DNA from: Chiloscyllium plagiosum
Taxonomy: Eukaryota
Reading direction: 5' to 3'
DNA length: 59,012 nt
Assembly (NCBI RefSeq): GCF_004010195.1
Contig: NC_057757.1
Coordinates: 636,964-695,975 of the forward strand
Shown piece by piece: positions 22,350 to 31,500 of this stretch. The translations under genes and the position numbers were made by a program. The notes below the pieces were generated by a model. It worked only from the letters and a program-made list of their open reading frames with translations, did no database searches and was not told the origin of the DNA. The stretch's first letter is position 1, and each line of letters starts with the position of its first letter.

Positions 22350-24203
22350 ATTTAGAAGATGGAAGATCAAACTTTATTTTGGAACTACTTGCATACAAAG
22401 AAAACATATTGCACATCAACCAAAAAGAAACAATTTTTTTTAAAAAAAAAGAAAAACAAAGGACAAAAACATTCATAGTTTGGGATCTCATACACAAGAC
22501 AGTTCAGAGACAGGAAACCAACCCTTTTCTACACTCATGGAGCCAACCAATTTGCAGCACCATCCAGGTTTCCATGTGAAACAACCAGTGTGTACGATAC
22601 AGATCCAAATTGACACCGTAACGCAGTTTCAAATACCCTTCAAACTGTTGAAGATGCACGGTGGGCAAAATCATTTGTAAAAATTTCAACGCAAACAAAA
22701 TTACTTCATCCATGGCAGCAAACTCGCAACCAAGACACGCACACACCCAGAGGGCAGGAAGTCTTACACCGGGCACCTCACCCAACTCCCAAGTGGTTGA
22801 ACAGCTCACTCCTCTTAAATTGCTCAGTTGTGGCTGGCTGACTGTTGCTGTCCAGTTACTGTAATGACTCCTGCTCCGGTCTGCTCACTGTCAGGCAGGA
22901 CCCAGCTTGTAACCCAGTTTGGTGGGGGGAGGGGGGGGGGGGCCTTCTTAACAAGGCAGTCACAGACTCTGCGCTGTGATAACCTGCCTCGTTCCCTACT
23001 CTGAAGCAAACCAGGCTGGTACTGCCAATGCCTTCAGTTACTACTCAGTCAGAACTCAAGCAGCCACGTGGCTTCTGAGTCTCGCTACTGCCATCAGTGA
23101 GGAGCGGTGTGCGCGTTTTGTAAATAGGGTTATGAAGTAATTTAAAGAAAAGAATCATTAACCTTAGATTATTTTTGCCATTATGAAGTCTCATGATCAC
23201 ACGCACTAGCCATTCTCCTGCAGCACAACAGGTAACAAATATCAAAACCAGCTGCTCGGGCTCAGTGTCATACACACGCACTGAAGAAATGTGGGCGTTA
23301 GGGTTAGTGTGATGCAAGGCTATAGAGAGTTCGGTTTTTAAATACTGTACAGTGAAAATAAATTAACCTTTTAAATGAAGCTGCTTTGTCCAACCTTCCT
23401 GACAATCATCTCTCCTGCACAATCTCTGGAGCCACCTCCTCGTTTTTCACTCAGCCCTCCTTCCTGCTCCTCTCCACCTCTCCTTCCCTTCCAGTGTTTT
23501 CTCCTTACATTCGAATCAGCAATGACTGAATCATATCTGCTTTTATTTTTCTCCCCCCAGTTATACTTGTTGCTCTTTTTTTGATTTACTAATCAGTGCA
23601 AGTAATACAGACTGCATCATTTTATACAGTGTCTCCTTACCAGAAGTGGTTGCATACTCAAGTTTCCTTTTTTGCAATTTTTTTCCCTGTAGAATTTTTA
23701 ATGTTTTCTTTTGAAACATACAGCTTTTAAGTAACCGACATCTTTCCTTCACATTCTCTACTAGAGTCGTTCTGATCTATCCATCTTCAGCTTCTATAAC
23801 CAAACCTCTTTATTTAAATATATCAGTCACTGACCTGCGCCATCAAAACATCAGAAAACAAAATCCCACAGTTTCCTTTTACACTGTTAGAAGGCACAAC
23901 ATCTTTAATTAAATGGGTTTTTTTTGTGTTTTTTTTTGCTTTTTTAAGTGTATTTTTTATTTCCTCGAACTTTTTAATTAAATGTCAAAAAACAGATACA
24001 CAGATATATGTTTGAACACCTCCCCTCAAACCTCTGTCCAGTGCTGAGGGTAAGGGGAGGGCAAGTGCTGTGTCGAGTCGGGTATTGGTAAGTAGTAGTT
24101 ACGTAGTATTCAGGTTTCCTATCTTTGGCAAGCTTTGACAAGCACTATTGAATAAACATGATGCAAGCGGGACTGAGATTCAAGGGTGGAGGCTGTGGTG
24201 TTT
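22350..24203 (-). other. FXR2: FXR2 3'UTR (about 1.85 kb)
   Basis: Stretch after the stop codon with no recognisable transposon, rich in A/U tracts. Ends just past an AATAAA that is followed by GU/U-rich sequence. The exact end is inferred. Confidence 0.7.
22373..22378 (-). terminator. Distal polyadenylation signal AATAAA
   Basis: TTTATT on the + strand, with downstream TGTTTCTTTGATGTTT on the - strand. Repeats resume shortly after. Confidence 0.7.
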
Positions 24204-24356
24204 TTACGAAACACCGTTCACCACAGCCTGCTGCTTGATGGTGGCCTCTGCTCGCCCACGCTCCTGGGAGCTGCCTGTTCTCTTGGTGGCGCTGTCACTC
24301 GGACTGGTGGGGCCGTTGGGCACGGCACTTGGCTCATCACTGGGGTCCGCCTGCTC
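24204..24356 (-). CDS. FXR2: FXR2 last coding exon: EQADPSDEPSAVPNGPTSPSDSATKRTGSSQERGRAEATIKQQAVVNGVS*
   Basis: Acceptor cctcag|GAG. Ends in the family C-terminus NGVS followed by TAA at 24204-24206. Confidence 0.93.
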   Translation of the reverse strand, partial: EQADPSDEPSAVPNGPTSPSDSATKRTGSSQERGRAEATIKQQAVVNGVS

Positions 24357-25026
24357 CTGAGGGAGGCCAAGCACAAACAGACCATTTCACTTGCCCGAGG
24401 AATTCACATCTCTGCCTATGGAGCTGACAATGCTTTCAGAGTCTGGGTCAACCAGATCCCCGCCTCCCCCCCCCCCCCCCCCATCCACCTCACTTGCTGA
24501 GGGGATGTTGTTTCCCTGTGACGGGAATACAGAACTGCAGGCAGAGTCTAAAATAAGGGGACCATTAGCTGAGAGTATCAGTCGCCCAGAGTTTAGCTTA
24601 GTCGGAGTACATTTCTCCTTCCGGTCCTGTATCTTACATTCTCCGGACAGAAGGAATTAGCATTGCAACGAAGGCATAAAAGCTGTTGGAATCCTTAGAG
24701 GAAGGACATCGTTAAGGGATTAGAACAGTCACAGCATTACCTTGAGAAGTAATGCCAGCTTCCAATCAGTACAGCCCAAGAGTTCAAAACAACCCAAGAG
24801 AAGGAGAGAAACATTTCAAGCAAGGTGCTCCAATCTGCAACCCTGGGAGCAAGCACAGACCTCGGCCAGTCTGGCCTTCAATGAGGACTTTGTTGTACAG
24901 CTGTTCATTCTCCACCCAGCCCAATAAGTGGCTATGTAACACTGACCACTAAGGCTGACCCAATTATTTCAAAACAAACATAAGTGAGCAGCTAAGGAGC
25001 AGCAGTGTGGTGCGCAAAGGGAGATA

Positions 25027-25344
25027 ACGTGGCAGTGATTAGCACTGCTGCCTCTCAGCGCCAGGGATCTGGGTTCGATTCCCCTTTCGGCCGACTATCT
25101 GTGTGGAGTTTGCACGTTCTCCCCGCGTCTGCATGGGTTTCCTCCGGGTGTTCCGGTTTCCTCCCACAGTCCAAAGATGTGCAGGTCAGGTGAATTGGTC
25201 ATGCTAAATTGCTCAGAGTTAGGTGTATTAGTCAGAGGGAAATATAGAGTAGGGGAATGGGTCTGGGTGGGTTACTCTTTGGAAGGTCGGTGTGGACTTG
25301 TTGGGCCGAAGGGCCTGTTTCCACACTGTAGGGAATCTAATCTA
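25027..25344 (+). mobile_element. V-SINE/HE1-type SINE
   Basis: tRNA-like head (GGTTCGATTCCC B box), conserved core and TCTAA tail. Confidence 0.88.
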
Positions 25345-25356
25345 GTCATAACTTAC

Positions 25357-25463
25357 CTGGTTTCCCTTCGGCTGTTGTTCTGGGGTTCCCTCGGATTGCT
25401 CTTTTTGAGACCCACACTGTCGGCTCTGCGACTCAGCACGAGAAATGTAGTCGGCCACTGTAA
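25357..25463 (-). CDS. FXR2: FXR2 exon 16 equivalent: VTVADYISRAESQSRQCGSQKEQSEGTPEQQPKGNQ
   Basis: Boundaries cctcag|TT...CAG|gtaagt, 107 nt. VTVADYISRAESQSRQ is conserved in FXR1 and FXR2. Confidence 0.93.
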
Positions 25464-25874
25464 CTGAGGTAACACGCATCTTAGAACATCATTCACCCAC
25501 TTCCCATCGGTGACCACAAGCATCTGGAATCGCTCCTGTTGGGAGCAGGATGGGGTAGGGAAGATTTAACTAAGCTGTTCAAAATTACATGGAGCTTTAC
25601 GGAGAAAGAACTCCCATTGACAGGAGGTGGACACATTGGTGAAAGAAAGGGGGAAGAGGAGATAGGAGTCTCTGTTTAGAGTTGTGCCGAGTTACAGCAG
25701 ATTCAGTAGGAACCGTTCAAAGGGAGAACTGGAGAAATATACAAGGGATGGGGATCTGCATGCGTGTGGGGGGTGGGGAGTGGGGAGAGAGAGAGAGAAG
25801 AGTGAGCGAGCGAGGGGGTTGGGGGCAGTGGGAATGCTGTCTCAGCCCTGACAGAGAGATGGTTAATTCCTCAC

Positions 25875-25973
25875 CTGGCTGCCGGTCTCGGCTCAGGGAA
25901 CTGTCCAGTCGGTTTCCACGGTTGCGACGCCGCCTGCTCCTGTTCCTTCGAGGAGGTCGACCCTCACTTTCGT
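25875..25973 (-). CDS. FXR2: FXR2 exon 15 equivalent: DESEGRPPRRNRSRRRRNRGNRLDSSLSRDRQP
   Basis: Boundaries gtgcag|AC...G|gtgagg, 99 nt. RRRRNRGNR is FXR2-type. Confidence 0.93.
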
Positions 25974-26144
25974 CTGCACGGGCACACCGGGTGAAGACAG
26001 CAGAGATGGCAGGGCAGGGCAGGGGAGGGGAGGAGACAAACAATGACAGCTCACTCCAAAGCCCATCAGTTCAGCACCCAAAACACAAAACCACAAGCAC
26101 AAAGTTTTAACCTGGCCTCTGGTTTCATTTCTTCCAAACCTAGA

Positions 26145-26436
26145 GCAGCTCTGTGGTTAGCACCGCTGCCTCATGGCACCAGGGACCCAGGTTCAATTCC
26201 ACCCTCAGGTGACTGTGGAGTTTGTACATTCTCCCTATGTCTGTGTGGGTTTCCTCCGGGTGCTCCAATTTCTCCCACAACCCAGGGATGTGCAGGTTAG
26301 GGTGGATTGGCTGTGGGAAATGCAGGGTTACACGCATAGGGTAGGAGGTTGGGATGGGATGGGATGCTCTTCGGAGGGTCAGTGTGGACTCGATGTGCTA
26401 ATGGCCTGCTTCCACACTGTAGGGATTGTATGACTC
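26145..26436 (+). mobile_element. V-SINE/HE1-type SINE
   Basis: B box GGTTCAATTCC, core GGGTTTCCTCCGGGTGCTCC and CR1-like tail. Confidence 0.88.
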
Positions 26437-27171
26437 AACTAACAAGAAAGGTGGTTACAATCACATTGAGGAACTGATTAAACTCTCCACATTTCACAAC
26501 CAATTATTGCAGAAGAAAAGAATTCCAGCCTCAGGTTAGACACCTAACTTGCAACATTAATACGGCTCAGTAATTTCAGGCCAACTCACTATTGCCATGC
26601 TGCTGCTCCTGGGATCTTGCTCTGCACAATTTGGCTACAGAGTGTCCTACATGACAAGGGACGACACACCTCTTACCTGCCCCCACTTTGTATCACATTT
26701 TCAGAAGGACATTAAGGCCCTACAGCCTCTAATGGGGAGGGAGGGGATTTCCCAGAACCAAAGCCGGATTGCAGGGTTTCCCGTGGAGAATGTAAAGGGG
26801 TGATTTAATGGAGGGATTCTTTTTACCGATTGCAGGCGGGCCATTAAAGCACAGGGACACAGATTGATGGAATCGCCCAAATTAATCTGTGGGGCAGATG
26901 AGATTTTGTAATTAAAAATGGTTACAATGTGGAACTTGCCACCTGAAAGGACAGTGGAAGCAGATTTGAACATTGCTATCCAAAGGAAATTGGAAAAATT
27001 CTTCAAGGAGAAAGCTTTGCCAAGCTATGGGCAAGACGAGGGCGGAGAGGGCTGAATGGCTTCCTTTTGTATTGCCCCACTCCAGGATTTTCAAAATCGG
27101 TGTAGAATTTCTGCACCATAACCCCAGCCATCATTCCCCTCACAAAAGAAGGAACACTGCCTGGCACATAC

Positions 27172-27372
27172 CCACACCATTCTCATTGACAGACGCAGTG
27201 TCAGACTCCACAACGCCATCCATCATGGTGGCATCATCATCGGTGCGGCGCCTACGCGATCGGCGGCGCCGGCTGGTGTTGGCATGGGATTCACTGGCAT
27301 CCGTGTCACCAGCTTGATCAGTTTCTGCATTCTCCAGCAGGCTGTAGGGATTGCTGTCAGGATCCTTCAGCA
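27172..27372 (-). CDS. FXR2: FXR2 exon 14 equivalent: [67 protein letters not shown]
   Basis: Boundaries ttgtag|TG...G|gtatgt, 201 nt. Arg-rich nucleolar-signal-type motif. Confidence 0.94.
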
Positions 27373-27426
27373 CTACAACATGAGCAGGCACACACAGTGA
27401 GAGAGAACCACACTGAGCATCACAGG

Positions 27427-27448
27427 GGACAGAGAGAGAGGGGGAGAC

Positions 27449-27480
<32 letters not shown>

Positions 27481-27548
27481 GGAGAGAGAGGGAGAGAGAG
27501 GGAGAGAGAGAGACAGACAGACAGACAGAGAGAAAGAAAGAGACAGAG
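27427..27548. repeat. (GA)n/(GACA)n microsatellite
   Basis: Directly visible in the sequence. Confidence 0.95.
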
Positions 27549-28947
27549 ATACAAACCTTTGCTGTTGATTAGCGCCTCAAACATTCGTGACTGATGTTCA
27601 GCCCACACTAGCCTGAACTTAGCCACTGTCCCATCCCAGCGTCGCTGCACTTGTTAAATATAAACCTCACCCCAGTGCTCCAAGGTGGCCTCTGTCTATT
27701 CCATCTGATTACTTCAAACTTAATGTTCCCTGCAGTTTGCATTCTGATTCAGGCCACCTTCCTGGTGTTGAGTACCATCACCACAGTCTCTGCTCTCTAA
27801 CTCCTTCTAACCTCCTTTTAAAACAAACCATAAACACAGCCCTGCAGGATCACTGGGAATTAAATGCAGCTACAGTACCTCATGCTGGAAGTGGCATCTT
27901 TTCAGATTACCTCAGAATTGTTGCCAAGAGGAGTGAAAGGGGACCAGACTTTGAACCAGACAATCTGGGTGATCACCACCTGGCTTTTGATGGGATCATG
28001 CTGAGGGGAAACGGGACTGCTGTCTTTCTTACGTTATAACAGCAGCTACAGTGTGTGCTGGGACGCCCTGCAGTGGTGCAAGGTGCCTTCCTTGAAGGTC
28101 AGTTCACTCCCAATCTTCACTCCTCTCAGCATACAGCTTGTAAAAAGGCCAGTGGGAGTGGAGTCCATTGAAGGGCACCAGCTCTGGCTGTGAACTGCAG
28201 ACCTTCTGTTCGAAAGGACGTCTCTTTATCCACCAGAGGGAACCCAGGTATAAATGGGGACAAGGTATTTCAACTCCTCACATCTGCCAAAGCGACCCAC
28301 ATATCACATAACGGATAATCTGAACTGACTCAACAACCTTTCCAATAAAAAACAAAAAAATCACTTCCAAACCTTGTCCTGAAAGGTAGTCTGTACCAGG
28401 GAGCATTCTGGCAGCACATCCAGGCACACTCCATCCATCTACCCTCCAACTCCACTGAGCTCATTCCAATTCTTACACTCACCTTCCTCACCAAAAAGGG
28501 TATCACTCACTTCAGATAGTTTCAAATGACACTGCAGCCTTGAGAGCTTTTAAAGGGAGAGGGTCTCAGAATATTTCACGGGTACAGCTGACGGAAACCC
28601 TGTTCCTAAGGCTTGGTTTCCTCTGAAAGCTACTCCTAGGTGTGAGACATCAGAAAGACAACAGACAACATTCTCAAGCGATGGGAAACAGCCACCTAAG
28701 GATCGTTTGGCAGGGTAGAAAATCAGGCAGCCTGCCCAGTCTTCCCACAGCCCTCCCTTCACTCCCAGTGGAACAGGAAGTCTCTCCCTCCCCATTCTCA
28801 CTCCAGCTGAAGCTCACTCCTTTGCCTCACCTCCCTAACTCCTCCTCAGGGAGGGACTGACTGATCACAATCAGAAAGGGACAGGACGATGTCACTGCCT
28901 CAGGCAGATTTCCCTAACTCCCCCTGGAATAGAGACTTGACGGTTAC

Positions 28948-29163
28948 CAGCACTGATCGACGATGTCCCGCCTCGGCCTCCTCCACGACCTCTCCCAGAG
29001 GGAGGGCCCCCTCGCCCCCGGCCTCCAGCTGGCCTCCTCCGGTTCAGATCCGATCCCTGCCTGCGATCCCGATCCTCATCCGCCTGACCCAAGGACCAGT
29101 CACTCAGCTCGTCCCGCCGCTCGGATTCCGTCTCGGAAGCATTGGAGAAGTCAGAGTTGTTGT
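28948..29163 (-). CDS. FXR2: FXR2 exon 13 equivalent (SETES phospho-motif and RGG box): [24 protein letters not shown]...[26 protein letters not shown]
   Basis: Boundaries ccacag|AC...G|gtaacc, 216 nt, phase 1-1. Confidence 0.93.
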
Positions 29164-29828
29164 CTGTGGTGAGAACAGGTTGCAGGTTAATGGAGTGTGC
29201 GCTCTGTGGGCGGGCTTTAAGCTGGTCAAGCATCAGACAAACGGAATGAGGAACTGCTGGCAGAACTCAGCGGGTCTGGCAGCATGCGAGGAAAAAAAAC
29301 GGTCATCCATTCCTAAATTTGGCAGTATGCTCTCCATCCAGCAGGGGAGCAAGGGAGCACTGTCAGACTGTTGAGTGCCAGGCCTGGGGTTGGGAATGAA
29401 GAATGAGGTGACTGATGGAGCAGGGAGGAAGCACAGTGCATTGAAGGAGAGAAGGGAAACAGTACAAGTTGCTACAGACTCAGCAACTGCGAAAGCTCAT
29501 TTCTGTAGTGCCCTGAAGATGGTACAAGCGTCCCAAGGGGTTTCACAGGAATGGGAGATGGAGATTTGACAATAAAAGGAGATGTCGGGCAGGGAATCAA
29601 ACACAACGGAGGCAAATGGAGAGACACAAGGGCTGTGACAGAATTCCAGAGATTAGAGAGGAGGCAGTCGGGAGACGTGGCTGTCAGGGCTGGGTCCAGT
29701 AAAAGGAAGAGTTAGCGATCATGAGAGATTGCTGCTGCTCATCACAATTTCTTTTTGAAGGTGGTGAACTGGAGGCTGCACAGACAAGTCAAATGACCTG
29801 AAAGAGCACCAAGTTGGAAGGTAGGTAC

Positions 29829-30009
29829 CTCTCCGCCCTCGCCCTCGGCCACTGTAGGATCGTGAGCTGTGGATGGAAGAGGCAGTGCTGTCATCCGTCA
29901 TGTAGCCACGCTCTTTGTCAGCACGGGTAGACAGTGGGCGGTAACCCATGCCAATCTGGCGAAGTTGTTCATCTATCTGCAGCCTCTCCAGTCGCAGCTG
30001 TTCTACTTC
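29829..30009 (-). CDS. FXR2: FXR2 exon 12 equivalent (NES): [60 protein letters not shown]
   Basis: The acceptor ctgcag|GAA is clear. The 3' end is placed at the only in-phase donor after GRGRGRR (AG|gtacct, weak); see findings. Confidence 0.85.
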
Positions 30010-30759
30010 CTGCAGGGAAAGGGAGGTTCACAACCAGGTTTGCCAGTGGCATCAACAAGAATTCATTCAACATTTAGGCAGAATGTTTAAACCCCTTATC
30101 CCACAATTGCTACCCCATGAAGGCCAGGCTCACTGACTGGACCACATCATTGAGGGCCCTCTGCCGTGTGCAAAACCCTTCATTGTCTGAGTGTAACCAA
30201 TTCTGCCTCAAAACGTGGTGGTCATTGAGCTCATGTGTAGAATGCATTTTGCAACATCCCAAAGAGTTTTACCAACAATTAATATTTTAGAACAACTGTA
30301 ATGCAGGAAATAAGACAGCTGGTTAGTGCACAAACTCCCCCGAGCAGCCAACAGAATCTAGTTTAGTTGCTATGGGATAATTTAGCTCACTACGTTTAGC
30401 TGAACCTCAGGCACTTTGAGAATGTACAGCAGAATCTTTTATATCCACTCGAGGGGACCAGAGAGTTATTTAATACCACATCTCTCTCAGTATTGCAGCA
30501 GGAGTGTTAAACCTGGAGTTAGTGTTCAACTCTGCAGTGGGACTCAAACTCAACCTGTGGTACAGGAGAGTGCCTCTCACCAAGCCAATGGACACAGATC
30601 AAAAGTGGGACCCTAACATTCTGCAACCTCCAATTCCCCCCACTCAATGTGACTTGCATTGACATCTGCCCTCCCAAGTGGCCCCACTGTTCCTGAAGCA
30701 TCTTGAAAGGAGTCTGATGATTTAGTACAAATTGTGGACAGAAATTCTTCTGTAATCCT

Positions 30760-31500
30760 TTGTCCAGTTCTGGTTGCCCTGTCATGAGAAGGATATTATT
30801 AAACTGGTTCAGAAGAGACTTATAAGGATGTTGCTGGGAGTTATGGGAAGGGGTGGATAGGCTGGGATTTCTTTCCCCTGGGAGGTTGAAAGGTGACCTT
30901 ATAGAAATTTATAAGATCACGAGCAGTAGAACGGCAAATGTCTTTTCCCTAGGATGGGGGATTTCAAGATTGGGGACATATTTTTAAGGTAGAGGAGAAA
31001 GAATAAAAAATGGGCAATTTTCTGGTTATTTTGTAGTTTGGGTGGAATGAACTGCCAGAGGAAGTGGTGGGTATGGGTACAGGTACAAAACTTAAACAGC
31101 ATTTAGATAAGTACATGACTAGGACAGGTTTGAAGGGGTGATTTGGAGATGCCGGTGTTGGACTGGGGTGTACAAAGTTAAAAATCCCACAACACCAGGT
31201 TATAGTCCAACAGGTTTAATTGGAAGCACTAGCTATCGGAGCGACGCTCCTTCATCAGGTGGTTGTGGAGAACAATTGGAAGGCAGAGGTTTGCAATAAA
31301 TTCAGTGTCTTGCAATGGTGTCCTCCACAACCACCTGATGAAGGAGCAGCACTCCGAAAGCTAGTGCTTCCAATTAACTTGGACTATAACTTGTGTTGTG
31401 TGATTTTTAGGTTTGAAGGGAATTGGGTCAAGCGCAGGAAGGTTGAACTAGCTTAGTTTGAGATTATGGTCAACACAGACTAAAGGGTTTTGTTTCTGTG
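30760..31500 (+). mobile_element. CR1 3' fragment with a nested hairpin element (31138-31408, 12-bp TSD)
   Basis: AGGTTTGAAGGG at 31126-31137 and 31409-31420. The insert has inverted arms. Confidence 0.85.
31332..31366 (+). ncRNA. Minimal type I hammerhead ribozyme motif
   Basis: CAC-CTGATGA-A-GGAG-cagca-CTCC-GAAA-GC-TA-GTG: stem I CAC/GTG, stem II GGAG/CTCC, palindromic AGCT in place of stem III. Confidence 0.65.

Noticed and set aside
25027..25090. tRNA-like A/B boxes (also at 26150 and 36565)
   Set aside because: These are SINE heads, not complete cloverleaf tRNA genes.
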